Shown piece after piece: positions 28,779 through 38,398 of a DNA stretch of 64,000 nt; position 1 is the stretch's first letter; each line of letters opens with the position of its first letter. This DNA is from Bdellovibrionales bacterium. GTDB taxonomy: Bacteria > Bdellovibrionota > Bdellovibrionia > Bdellovibrionales > UBA1609. Both the position numbers and the translations under genes were made by a program. The DNA is taken from the NCBI GenBank assembly GCA_965199825.1, contig OZ241329.1, forward strand, positions 1,440,001 to 1,504,000, given 5' to 3'. The notes below the pieces were generated by a model that made no database searches, was not told the DNA's origin, and was given only the letters and a program-made list of their open reading frames with translations.

Positions 28779-29999
28779 ATGAAAACACTTAAACTCGTCA
28801 GCATGATCCCAAAACTCACAATCTCCTTTACCGCGGTCTTCGCTTTAGCAGGTTGTGGAGCCAATCACTTTTCATCAGTTGCCAAAGGCAATACAGGTTC
28901 CAACACTCAGACGGGTATACCCGACACACCTAGTACTGGTGGAAACCCAACTAACGGTGGCAATCCCACAAATGGTGGCAATCCAACGAATGGTGGCAAC
29001 CCCACAAACGGTGGCAATCCCACGAATGGTGGTAACCCCACAAACGGTGGCGATCCCACGAATGGTGGTAACCCTACAAACGGTGGCAATCCAACAAATG
29101 GCGGCAATCCCACCGGTGATCCTGGCGCGCCGCCAGTGGTTCAAAATCCAGATCCAACGCCTTCGTGTCAGCCAGTGACTTCGGTGACCGAGCCTCTCAA
29201 AATTTTAATCGCGATTGATAATACTGGGTCAAACGGCAGCAATCAGTACGCAGCAGAACTTCCTCCAAGCGGATTATTTTTGGGTTCTGATAATGACGAA
29301 CAATATCGTCAGAGTGCTACCCGCCAGCTTGTAAGCTCGCTTAAAGATTCTTCAAACGTCAGTTACAATTTAAGTTATTTTCAAGATTTGTTTACTGTGA
29401 GATGGCGTCCACACAACGAGCGCTATGCTCCAAATGCCCAATCCCTTTTAAACGATTCGACTACAGGTTCGCCAGGTTTCGGAAATTCACAAGCAATGCT
29501 CAGTGCACTTGATCAATTTCAAACTTTACAAGCTGATGGTCCAACCGAATATTTTACGGTTTTGAATCTGGCCCAACAAACAATTTTGGATGACCCACAA
29601 TTCAAAAACGGAAATCAGAACTATGCTTTTGTGATGATCACAGATGGTGAGCCCACAGAAAGAATTATTGGATCAAACTCTGATGGCAGCCCCATGGTCA
29701 GAACCTGGAATGGTGCAGCTGACGAAGCTGATTTGATTGCAGCAATAAAAAGTTTGATTGCCCTTTCGCCCGGACACATCACGGTCAATGCAGTTTTTTA
29801 TAACTCTCTCACAGAGAGCCAGCGCCAACAAATTTCATCGGCTAATTACGATGCGGTTGATCCAGATGCTCCACGACTTTTGCAAGAAATTGCGACTGCA
29901 GGTGGCGGCCAGTTTGCCAATCAGCATACAGCCGGTAGCGATCAGATTCATTTGACCGATGTTATCACCGTGCCTTCGGCCATTTGTTCACAAAAATAA
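28779..29999 (+). CDS. Lipoprotein with GGNPTN repeat stalk and VWA domain
   Basis: Lipobox LAGC; MIDAS-type motifs IDNTGS, GPTEY and ITDGEPT; IATAGGGQF. Confidence 0.85.
   Translation: MKTLKLVSMIPKLTISFTAVFALAGCGANHFSSVAKGNTGSNTQTGIPDTPSTGGNPTNGGNPTNGGNPTNGGNPTNGGNPTNGGNPTNGGDPTNGGNPTNGGNPTNGGNPTGDPGAPPVVQNPDPTPSCQPVTSVTEPLKILIAIDNTGSNGSNQYAAELPPSGLFLGSDNDEQYRQSATRQLVSSLKDSSNVSYNLSYFQDLFTVRWRPHNERYAPNAQSLLNDSTTGSPGFGNSQAMLSALDQFQTLQADGPTEYFTVLNLAQQTILDDPQFKNGNQNYAFVMITDGEPTERIIGSNSDGSPMVRTWNGAADEADLIAAIKSLIALSPGHITVNAVFYNSLTESQRQQISSANYDAVDPDAPRLLQEIATAGGGQFANQHTAGSDQIHLTDVITVPSAICSQK
28938..29114 (+). repeat. Coding tandem repeat, 10 x 18 bp (GGNPTN)
   Basis: Units start at 28938, 28956 ... 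29100 with synonymous variation; unit 7 is GGDPTN; the last unit is partial. Confidence 0.97.
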
Positions 30000-30000
30000 C

Positions 30001-30047
30001 TGAGACGAGAGGTGTTTTAAGATGCACCTCTCAAGCTCACTTTTTTT
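30001..30047 (+). terminator. Rho-independent terminator
   Basis: GAGAGGTG-N10-CACCTCTC stem with a T7 run shortly after. Confidence 0.7.
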
Positions 30048-30119
30048 CAAACCTGTTTAGACATTGATGTACAAACTAAATCCAATCATCAAACAAAAAG
30101 GACCTAATGCAAATTCAGC

Positions 30120-30134
30120 TGGTCCTCATTTTGC
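30120..30134 (+). promoter_or_regulatory. Putative sigma54 promoter
   Basis: TGGTCCTCATTTTGC, 12 nt before ATG 30147. Confidence 0.55.
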
Positions 30135-30146
30135 TCTAACTCAAGA

Positions 30147-30596
30147 ATGAAAATCATTTTTATTTATTTAGTGCTGTCGGCTCAAGCTGTAATCGCATCC
30201 CCACTTCAATGCGTCCAAAAAGCTTTTGTTGATCAAAAAAATGAACTCAACCTTGATCAGCTTGTTCTCTTGTTTAGTGAAGCAGGCCCAGATTGCTCAA
30301 TCCAGACCGATTGCTATAAAAAAGCCGAAAAAGCCTTTAAAACATGTGACGCTAAAAGGCCGAACGACCTCAGAGCCTATTTGTGTTCTGGAACTACAAA
30401 TACCGACAAAACTATCGAATGTTTCCAAAACGCCAGCTCAATGAATGTTTCATTTAATTGTTCGCAACGAGCGATGCTTTGCCACAAAGCGCACAACATG
30501 GCGCCACTGCGCTGTGTGAAAGACACCCTAGCTGACAAAGTCATCACCGCAATCACCAACGAAAATATTGCGATACTTTGCACCGGGGCAAATTAA
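30147..30596 (+). CDS. Secreted Cys-rich repeat protein
   Basis: Signal peptide; recurring LC(S/H/T)...C-x3-A units. Confidence 0.7.
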   Translation: MKIIFIYLVLSAQAVIASPLQCVQKAFVDQKNELNLDQLVLLFSEAGPDCSIQTDCYKKAEKAFKTCDAKRPNDLRAYLCSGTTNTDKTIECFQNASSMNVSFNCSQRAMLCHKAHNMAPLRCVKDTLADKVITAITNENIAILCTGAN

Positions 30597-30597
30597 T

Positions 30598-31557
30598 TTA
30601 TTTCTTTGCGAGTCGCAGACATGCGACTTTGAGTCCTCGAAGAATAAAATGAACAATGCTCTCGTCCTCATGCCGTTCTATGGATGAGGGAGCTTGATTT
30701 TTACCGTCTTTAGTCAAAACCATCTTTGCTCCGAGATTCATTAAAAAAGCCTCAAGTGGACTTCGATCACCTGTCTTTAATAATTTGATTCCTAATTTTT
30801 GATAGTTTCCACTCACATTCGCGCTGATCTGCTTGTCATTAATTTGAACCAAGCCGCGAGCGAAGTTCACCTTCCCCTCTAGCAAAACTCCATCGTCGAT
30901 TTTTAAAAATGGTGTGAGTTCTGAAAGATCAAAGTGCTCAAGTTTCATATTGAGTTCGCCACGAAAAGGACTTCGAAAAAAATTTCCTGCTCCTCTTAAT
31001 TCGATTTTTCCTGATTTTTCGATTAATGCGCGCAGATTGGCAGAATGAAGATTATCAATCGACCCCGATATCTTTGATACTTTGATTTCGCCCATCGCCC
31101 CTTGGGTCACCGAGCGATAAAAAAATTGTCCTTCACTGAGTTGTATCAAATCAATCGGGGGAAGGTCGGGCGAGTCTGTGGACTCCTTTTTTGCTTTGGG
31201 AGCATCGGTATCGGTCAAAACAATTTGAGGACGTCTAAACACTAAACTGTTGATGTGCAAATGACCGTAGAGAAGAGATTTTAAGGAAACATCAAGATCG
31301 ATGCGGTCTACTTCAACTTCGATTTGCGAGGTCTTACCCGATTGGTGTGACGCTTTAATATTTTTAAATGCCATTTTGCCGGGATGAAGAAGTGAGAGAT
31401 CGATCGGATCTAACCGAATTTTCCCGCTTTGATCGAATCCATTCATGCGACTCTCGATCCAGAGGCGGAGCGAGTAAGCGGCAATAACTTGAGTAGATAA
31501 AACAACCAACAAACCCATAACGATCACCAAAAGTGTTATCGTTATTGGTTTTTTCAT
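30598..31557 (-). CDS. AsmA/DUF748-like protein
   Basis: N-terminal TM anchor; LDVSLKSLLYGHLHINSLVFRRPQI; FDLSELTPFL. Confidence 0.7.
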   Translation of the reverse strand: MKKPITITLLVIVMGLLVVLSTQVIAAYSLRLWIESRMNGFDQSGKIRLDPIDLSLLHPGKMAFKNIKASHQSGKTSQIEVEVDRIDLDVSLKSLLYGHLHINSLVFRRPQIVLTDTDAPKAKKESTDSPDLPPIDLIQLSEGQFFYRSVTQGAMGEIKVSKISGSIDNLHSANLRALIEKSGKIELRGAGNFFRSPFRGELNMKLEHFDLSELTPFLKIDDGVLLEGKVNFARGLVQINDKQISANVSGNYQKLGIKLLKTGDRSPLEAFLMNLGAKMVLTKDGKNQAPSSIERHEDESIVHFILRGLKVACLRLAKK

Positions 31558-31573
31558 CAGGTTTTATCTCCGA

Positions 31574-32908
31574 TTAATTTTGCCCTACCGCCATCTCGCA
31601 GTCTGGATCGATCAAGCAAAGTTGGGCCTCTGCAATTTTTTGGTCCATATCTTGTTCTTGATCTGGCTCTTCAGAGCCTTGCATGTCTTTAAGACCCTTA
31701 GCAACCTCATCTTGAAGCTCTTGCTTGGTTTTTGCCGCGACCATTTCCTTAGTCAATTTCACTCGACGGAATTCGTTGACGTAGACAATACCCTGACGTG
31801 AATTTTCATCAAGACCAGGATGGAGGATAAACATGCGATTTGTTTTCGCATCCAATTTCCAATTCGAAAGAAAGTAAGTTCCAAGCTTTACGCCCATCTC
31901 TGTCGCCAAAGCCACATACTTCATTCTTTTGTAATCTAACGCGGTTAACAACACAGTCGATTCAGCAAGATATCCATAAAATATCGCCATCCACTGAGCA
32001 TTACTTCGATTGATATGACCTTTGCTCATCAACTGAACCACCGCAAAATTTTCGGCGGCACTTGCAGGTGAACGGAGAAGACTGATCAAACCAACTTCAC
32101 CCACGGCAAGAGGGGTAAATTTTGTTTTCGGCTGTACCCGACTGGTAAGAAAAAGTTGAGTCACACCATAAGAGAAGCCGATTCCTTCGTTCACAGTACC
32201 CGTTTTGACAATAGGATTGTTATTGTACCATTTTGTAAAACTCGAGTCTTTGAATACAGGAAGTTTGTATTCAGCTTTCCATTGGCTAAATGCGGTGGCG
32301 AATAAACTAAAACCGATCCCTAAAGTTGCAGCGATCGAAGCTTGAGTCATTGTAATCGGATTCCAACCACCACCGTCTTTGACGTAAAGCAGTGTTGCGA
32401 TACTCACTCGGCCTAAACCACCAACGAAACTCACTGCATAATCAACACCTTTGGGATCATAGGTTTTGCCCAAGATCGCAGCGGTCAGATGTTTAACTTT
32501 TTCTTCCCATTTTTTGAAGCCTGTCAGTTGATCAAGATCTTTTGGTTCTTCCAAACTTTGAGGGATCACCTTGACCTTTACTCGCTCCAAGTCGCGATTT
32601 TTTTTGAGCTGATCTTCAACTGTGTGAACGAAGGCATCAACTTCAGCTTTTGATAAAGTGCTTGGAACAAAAACTCGAACATCGAGCGACCTATCTGCAC
32701 CAACATGCACATGATCTTTTGTTTCGAGACTGAAATTTCCGAGATCTTCGAGTGATAAATGCTCGGTTTTAATTTCAACCGAACCGCCATAGACGGGATC
32801 GCTAAATTGAGAATCAGTATATACGGTGATGCCTTTGTCTGATTCCGTTTCGGCCTGAGCAGCAAAAGTACCAACAGCTAAGAGAGAGCAAAGTAATAAT
32901 TTAAACAT
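31574..32908 (-). CDS. Secreted/membrane hypothetical protein
   Basis: Signal peptide MFKLLLCSLLAVGTFAAQA, several moderately hydrophobic helices, AAGGA RBS. Confidence 0.7.
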   Translation of the reverse strand: MFKLLLCSLLAVGTFAAQAETESDKGITVYTDSQFSDPVYGGSVEIKTEHLSLEDLGNFSLETKDHVHVGADRSLDVRVFVPSTLSKAEVDAFVHTVEDQLKKNRDLERVKVKVIPQSLEEPKDLDQLTGFKKWEEKVKHLTAAILGKTYDPKGVDYAVSFVGGLGRVSIATLLYVKDGGGWNPITMTQASIAATLGIGFSLFATAFSQWKAEYKLPVFKDSSFTKWYNNNPIVKTGTVNEGIGFSYGVTQLFLTSRVQPKTKFTPLAVGEVGLISLLRSPASAAENFAVVQLMSKGHINRSNAQWMAIFYGYLAESTVLLTALDYKRMKYVALATEMGVKLGTYFLSNWKLDAKTNRMFILHPGLDENSRQGIVYVNEFRRVKLTKEMVAAKTKQELQDEVAKGLKDMQGSEEPDQEQDMDQKIAEAQLCLIDPDCEMAVGQN

Positions 32909-32921
32909 AATTCCTTCATCT

Positions 32922-32936
32922 GCACACAGGGTGCCA
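32922..32936 (-). promoter_or_regulatory. Putative sigma54 promoter
   Basis: TGGCACCCTGTGTGC with a perfect TGGCAC -24 box, upstream of ATG 32908. Confidence 0.65.
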
Positions 32937-33018
32937 GTTCTTAAACGAAAACAAATATTCAAAAAAATTACAGAGATGTCTACTACCCATTCACCAAAGA
33001 TCTCGGTAATTATTGGAT

Positions 33019-34227
33019 ATGGATAATTTTGAGGTCATCAATTCAACATTTGAAGTCGCACTATTTATCACTTCGATTTTGCTCGTGCTCTCGGTTGTTG
33101 CGAGTCGATTGTCGGGGTGGTTGGGCTTTCCGGTGCTCTTAATGTTTCTAGGGATTGGAATGATTGCAGGTTCGGATGGAATAGGCGGAATTAATTTTTC
33201 AAATTATTCTCTTACTTTTGCGATCGGCAGTTTGACTCTTGCGTTCATTTTATTCGATGGAGGACTGCAAACCTCTTGGAACAATATTCAGCCTATTCTC
33301 TTATCGGGTATTGCACTGTCTTCAGTGGGTGTTGTGATTACTGCGACATCTACCGCGATCTTCTCGCATTATTTTTTAAATCTGAGTTGGAGTGAGGGAT
33401 TTTTGTTGGGCGCCATAGTGTCACCAACGGATGCGGCCGCTGTGTTTGGTGTACTGCGATCGCAAAAGGTTAGACTCAAAGCTGAAGTTCAGAGACTTCT
33501 CGAATTTGAAGCGGGTTGTAATGATCCTGCGGCAATTTTACTGACAATTGCAACACTGAGATTTGCCACACATCCCGAAGGACAAATCGATCAATTTATC
33601 ATGATGTTTCTAAGGCAAGCCGGTGGTGGAATTATCTTAGGATTTATCGGAGGTCATCTTGCGTGTTGGACAATTAAACATCTGCGTTTAGATTTTGAAG
33701 GGCTTTACGATGTTTTGATGATGGGTTTTGTTTTACTCATTTTTAGTGGAACGTCTCTGTTACATAGTAGCGGATTTATTGCGGTCTACACAGCCGGCAT
33801 TGTGATTGGAAATTCTAAAATTCATTGCCGCAAAACCTTATTGCAATTTTTTGATGGGATCGGTTGGATTTCGCAAATCTCGCTCTTTTTAGTTTTAGGT
33901 CTGCTAGTTTTTCCAACTCATCTTCCGGCGTTGTGGCGAGATGGATTAATTCTTTCGTTATTTTTACTTTTGGTTGCAAGACCTTTGAGTGTCGTGGTGG
34001 CAACTCCAACTCGAAAACTCAATGTCAATGATCGACTTTTTATTTCTTGGGTGGGCCTGCGCGGGGGAGCCGCAATTGTTTTAGCGACATTGCCCTGGGG
34101 TGCCCATTTCGCCAAAGCTGAGTATTTTTTTAATTTGGTATTTTTTGTGGTCTGTCTTTCGGTACTGATCCAGGGAAGTACAATCAACTGGATTGCCAGA
34201 AAACTTCATATCACGTTGAGGCCTTAA
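33019..34227 (+). CDS. Potassium/proton antiporter, CPA1 NhaP2/CvrA-like (membrane domain only)
   Basis: ILFDGGL, VSPTDAAAVF, EAGCNDP, WVGLRG, IQGST. Confidence 0.9.
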   Translation: MDNFEVINSTFEVALFITSILLVLSVVASRLSGWLGFPVLLMFLGIGMIAGSDGIGGINFSNYSLTFAIGSLTLAFILFDGGLQTSWNNIQPILLSGIALSSVGVVITATSTAIFSHYFLNLSWSEGFLLGAIVSPTDAAAVFGVLRSQKVRLKAEVQRLLEFEAGCNDPAAILLTIATLRFATHPEGQIDQFIMMFLRQAGGGIILGFIGGHLACWTIKHLRLDFEGLYDVLMMGFVLLIFSGTSLLHSSGFIAVYTAGIVIGNSKIHCRKTLLQFFDGIGWISQISLFLVLGLLVFPTHLPALWRDGLILSLFLLLVARPLSVVVATPTRKLNVNDRLFISWVGLRGGAAIVLATLPWGAHFAKAEYFFNLVFFVVCLSVLIQGSTINWIARKLHITLRP

Positions 34228-34296
34228 TCTCCCAAGCTCAAAGTTCGATTTTTCCCCAAAGGGGCTTCTGGCTTGAAACTATTCCCATATTAAGCC

Positions 34297-34311
34297 TGGT
34301 ATTATTTGTGC
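34297..34311 (+). promoter_or_regulatory. Putative sigma54 promoter
   Basis: TGGTATTATTTGTGC upstream of the SDR gene. Confidence 0.45.
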
Positions 34312-34337
34312 TTCATACTTATTACAAAGGGAGAACT

Positions 34338-35444
34338 ATGAATAACTCATTAAAACGTGAACTCGCATTTGTCGCCGGAACGCTTGGATTTTTATTGGCT
34401 AAGCGACGCTCTGGACAACTTATGCTCGCCGCCAGCGTGGCGCTTTTATGGTCGTCAACAAAGCGGTCATTCAATTATCGTGGCAAGACCGTTTTTATAA
34501 CAGGCGGATCTCGCGGGCTCGGACTTTCACTTGCTTGGAATTTACTAAAACTTGGCGCTACCGTAACTCTTGCAGCTCGAGATGAAGAAGAGCTCGAAAA
34601 AGCGCGGCAGATTTTGTTGCGCGATTTTCCCTATGGGATCGTACACACAACAGTTTGTGATGTGACAAATTCTTATCAGTTGCGTGCAAGCCTTGATGCC
34701 GCAGTTGAGCGGATGAACGGAATCGACCTTTTGATCAACAATGCGGGCGCAATTTTGGTTGGACCGTTTACCTCGATGACCAAAGATGATTTCGTTTCGC
34801 AAATGAATGTTCATCTCTTTTCGGCGATCGATGCAACTGATGCCCTCATTCCGCAATTTAAAAAACGTGGTGCAGGCCGCGTTCTTAATATTTGCTCGAT
34901 TGGCGGTAAGGTCGCAATGCCTCACATGTTGCCGTACGACGCCTCGAAATTTGCACTTGCGGGATACTCACAAGGAATCACTGCTGAACTGGCCCGACAC
35001 AACATTCAGGTCACCACCGCTTACCCCTCGGTGATGCGCACTGGATCGCCCAAACAAGCCTTGTTTAAAGGTGAGCATGAAAAAGAGTTTTTGTGGTTTA
35101 AAGCTATCGATAATTTACCAGGATTGTCGCTTTCGGCTGATACGGCTGCCAAAAAATTATTGGACGCCGTTGCAGATGGTCGGACCGAGGTTGTGCTGTC
35201 GGTTCCTGGTCGCTTGCGCGTGCTGTTTCAGGCTTTGTTTCCCGAGACCGCAACCACTTTGATGGGTGTGATTGCACGACTCCTTCCGCGCGGAAACTCA
35301 CCCATACAAAAAACTGGGGCACAAAGTTCTCGATTGTTTGATAAAAGCTATTTGCTCTCGGGTTTGAACAAACGCGATGAGCGAGCTCAAGAAACTTACA
35401 ATCAGTTGGCCGAGCACGATTTTAAAAATTCACAACTGCAGTAA
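34338..35444 (+). CDS. Short-chain dehydrogenase/reductase
   Basis: TGGSRGLG, NNAG, catalytic YDASK. Confidence 0.92.
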   Translation: MNNSLKRELAFVAGTLGFLLAKRRSGQLMLAASVALLWSSTKRSFNYRGKTVFITGGSRGLGLSLAWNLLKLGATVTLAARDEEELEKARQILLRDFPYGIVHTTVCDVTNSYQLRASLDAAVERMNGIDLLINNAGAILVGPFTSMTKDDFVSQMNVHLFSAIDATDALIPQFKKRGAGRVLNICSIGGKVAMPHMLPYDASKFALAGYSQGITAELARHNIQVTTAYPSVMRTGSPKQALFKGEHEKEFLWFKAIDNLPGLSLSADTAAKKLLDAVADGRTEVVLSVPGRLRVLFQALFPETATTLMGVIARLLPRGNSPIQKTGAQSSRLFDKSYLLSGLNKRDERAQETYNQLAEHDFKNSQLQ

Positions 35445-35464
35445 TTTGATTTTTCAACGCGCAA

Positions 35465-36625
35465 TCACTGCGCGTTGATTTCTCTTTGGTGATTATTGAA
35501 TAATGTTTGCGCCGAAATTCCGGCCGCATTTTTTGAGTGAATATCGCCGTACTTAGCCAAAGCTTTATAAAAATATGGGTCGTCTTTAACGGCGGCTAGA
35601 TGAAGCGCTGAGTCTTGTTTCAAATTTCTGTGGTTGATGCGACGTGATTTGGTGAACAAAGGTCTGAGCAAAGTTTGTTGCTCCACTAAAAAATCAAGCA
35701 GGTCATGATCTTCACTCGTGCTCTTTAAAAAAGTATGTAATCCCAAATCACCCAATTTGTTGACGCTATCAAAATCAATCCATCGGCAACCTGCAAGTGA
35801 GCGGGCAGAGTCAGCTTGCCCACCGCGAAGGGCGATCTGAAATGGCGTATCGCCATTTTTGTCCTTGCGATTAAAAAAGGTATCAAAGGGGACGCCAAAA
35901 TCACCAATATAAGTGTTTAATCCACGACGTCCGTAAGCCACAATTTCGCTTGGATAATGAAAAAACCAGCGACTCTCTTGGGTTTGAAATGAATTGGGAA
36001 TACATTTTTTTTCGACCAGCCAATCAATCACATCGGAGCGCCCATCATGGGCTGCAGTATGAAGAAAAATCTTTTGGCTCTCATCCACCTTTAACAAAAA
36101 CTTCCAAAATCTGAGGTTGGGGTAGCCGCGATAGTACTCGGTTTCCAACGCGTCCACGACCGCTCGGTTTTTAGCCACAAAAAGTGCGCGCTGCTTTAAT
36201 TTATTTCGCGGATCAAGTTTTGAAAAATCATAAATTTCGAGTGCACCCAATGAATTGTAATAGCGTTGTGCAAGTGCGCGAATCACCTCGACTTGGCCCA
36301 TTTGAGACGCCAAGAAAATATAACTCTCACCCTCGTTATTTTGATGAAAAAACTGATCACGATCCATTATCTCAATCAATTGCAGCGCCAACGAAGTTTG
36401 GCCTTCGTTCAACGCAACTGCAAGTGGCGTGTCTTGATGCTCGTTCAAGGCATAAAGCTGTGAGGGTTCTTGCTTAAGTATTTGGGCTGCAAGATTTTGG
36501 TCTCCTTTGAGGGCCGCAAGGTGAAGTTCGGTGGGTGCACAGAGGTGGACTTGGGCGCGATCCATGTTGGGGTAGCAAAGGGTCGCAAAGGAACTGGTGC
36601 AAAAAAAAGCTAAAATTGTTTTCAT
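35465..36625 (-). CDS. Exported ankyrin-repeat protein
   Basis: ELHLAALKG, DTPLAVA, FLHTAAHDG, GDTPFQIA, DSALHLAA; N-terminal signal-like segment. Confidence 0.85.
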   Translation of the reverse strand: MKTILAFFCTSSFATLCYPNMDRAQVHLCAPTELHLAALKGDQNLAAQILKQEPSQLYALNEHQDTPLAVALNEGQTSLALQLIEIMDRDQFFHQNNEGESYIFLASQMGQVEVIRALAQRYYNSLGALEIYDFSKLDPRNKLKQRALFVAKNRAVVDALETEYYRGYPNLRFWKFLLKVDESQKIFLHTAAHDGRSDVIDWLVEKKCIPNSFQTQESRWFFHYPSEIVAYGRRGLNTYIGDFGVPFDTFFNRKDKNGDTPFQIALRGGQADSARSLAGCRWIDFDSVNKLGDLGLHTFLKSTSEDHDLLDFLVEQQTLLRPLFTKSRRINHRNLKQDSALHLAAVKDDPYFYKALAKYGDIHSKNAAGISAQTLFNNHQREINAQ

Positions 36626-36745
36626 TTAGGAGCAAAATAGAAAGCAAATCGAAACTTGTCCAATCAAAGCTGTGACGTTGTCATTTGGCTTACAAAACAA
36701 CAATTATGTGTCCATTTCTACATTGCTTCCGTACCTTCACAATTT

Positions 36746-38398
36746 ATGAAAATCCTCTTATCTCTCCTTATTTTGTTTAGTGGTACAACTTACGCTCATG
36801 TTCATTGCGCGCATTGCTCCCACTCAGAAGAGCAAAATATTTCTGACTTTTACAATCACATCATCGATCTAAGTTTGGCTGCGACCACAAATGCTGATGC
36901 CAAAATTGTTTATGATTTGAAAGGCGAGCAGATCAATGGGGATACTTACCTGCATCAGGCCATTCGCGCTTCAATGAGAATGATCGCCGATGAGCGAAAG
37001 AATGAATGTGAGGATTGCACGGTACCGAGCGACAAAGATTTGTCCGATTATTTAAATTCTCCGAACAACACCATCTTTGGTTTTGATGATGAACCCGCAA
37101 AGATCAAAGCCCAGAGTTTTTTATCACGCCAAGTTGTAGATCCTTTCGTGGATCAAATCGGTGACATCGTATCCGAGGTTGCACCGGTTGCAGGAGAACT
37201 TGGACAGGCAATGGCCTACTCGACTGTCGCTTTTGAAACAGCCGAAACATTGATTGGGCTACATTTATTTTGTAAGCCTTTTCAACTTTCCCAATATCGA
37301 TTTATCAGAGACATTCAATCCTTTGCTCGCGCCTTTTTGTGGGCACCCCAATTCGATACGAACAGCGCTACTGCACTGATCAAGATGGGGCTCTACTCAA
37401 ACATGATTAAAAAGGCTTCAACTCAAACTCGTTTCGTCAGTTATACCGAATTGGAGTTAGATCCCGTGGCAGCCAAAGAGGTGGACGAAGAAGGTCCGCG
37501 GTCGATGTTTAGTTTTGCCGAAGGCAAACGGTTTAAATGGCTCAAAAAAATAATTGAAAAAAAAGAAGCCAAACTCAACGGCAAACATTTTGTTGGCAAA
37601 TATCCTTTGCGTTATCTTTTTTTACGCAATGTCAAAGGGCGTACATCTCTTCATGGCAAAAGCGAAAATGATGAAGGGATGGATCGATATGGTATCTGGG
37701 AAATTGGAGTTCAGGAAAATATTATTGCTCGCGCTTTAAAAAATTCTAAAACACCAGAACCTGCTGTTACCCCGCCACTTCCATATGATGAGGTTCGCTA
37801 TCATCTGGCTCAAGAAGCCGCAAAGGGTGATCCAGAAGAAGCCGAAATATTTGATAAGCTTTTAAGCGACATTTCAAACTCCTTTGATTCTCAATCTTCA
37901 ATCAGTAAACGAAAATTATTGGCTGAGCTTTTTGCTACTAAACTGCAAGGGTTTTACTTTATAAAATTTCAAAAAATGGTTGAGGAGAAATCAAAACTGT
38001 TTGGTCGGCGTCAATCGGTCTCATGGCTCAAGTGGAAAAAGATGGGTCGCGAAAGTTGGCTCTTGTTTGCAAGTGCTCGCCTCGGAACATACATCAATCA
38101 GTGGAAGGATTATTATTATAATTCGGTCCGCAACAATGCCGATAATCAGTATGAAGTGATGCAGGGTTTTGTTTACATCTGGGATTATCTTAAAAAAGCC
38201 GAGGCCTTGGCTAGTGCCCAAGACGAAGCGGGATTGAGAGCTGCCGAGGACATCATGGTGGCGGGTTTAACAGATCTCAATACATTTACACCGTGGCGAC
38301 CAAAAAAATCGCGTCGATCGTTTAAAAAATTATTTTTTGTTCCGGTGGGACTTAAAAAACTCACCTGCGAAGAGTTGAACGAGGAGGTTTTTCAATGA
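36746..38398 (+). CDS. Large secreted hypothetical protein
   Basis: Signal peptide MKILLSLLILFSGTTYA; HVHCAHCSH and CEDC motifs. Confidence 0.7.
   Translation: MKILLSLLILFSGTTYAHVHCAHCSHSEEQNISDFYNHIIDLSLAATTNADAKIVYDLKGEQINGDTYLHQAIRASMRMIADERKNECEDCTVPSDKDLSDYLNSPNNTIFGFDDEPAKIKAQSFLSRQVVDPFVDQIGDIVSEVAPVAGELGQAMAYSTVAFETAETLIGLHLFCKPFQLSQYRFIRDIQSFARAFLWAPQFDTNSATALIKMGLYSNMIKKASTQTRFVSYTELELDPVAAKEVDEEGPRSMFSFAEGKRFKWLKKIIEKKEAKLNGKHFVGKYPLRYLFLRNVKGRTSLHGKSENDEGMDRYGIWEIGVQENIIARALKNSKTPEPAVTPPLPYDEVRYHLAQEAAKGDPEEAEIFDKLLSDISNSFDSQSSISKRKLLAELFATKLQGFYFIKFQKMVEEKSKLFGRRQSVSWLKWKKMGRESWLLFASARLGTYINQWKDYYYNSVRNNADNQYEVMQGFVYIWDYLKKAEALASAQDEAGLRAAEDIMVAGLTDLNTFTPWRPKKSRRSFKKLFFVPVGLKKLTCEELNEEVFQ

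Noticed and set aside
28938..29114. Possible CRISPR array or non-coding repeat
   Set aside because: Contiguous 18-bp in-frame units with synonymous variation and no spacers; it is a coding repeat.
28855..29178. Overlapping repetitive ORFs (VAIPQM / GLPPFV / GIATVC frames)
   Set aside because: Shadow frames of the GGNPTN repeat; the variation is synonymous in the lipoprotein frame.
36797..36823. Cytochrome c heme-binding motif in HVHCAHCSH
   Set aside because: The pattern is CxxCxH, not CxxCH; a metal-binding site is more likely.
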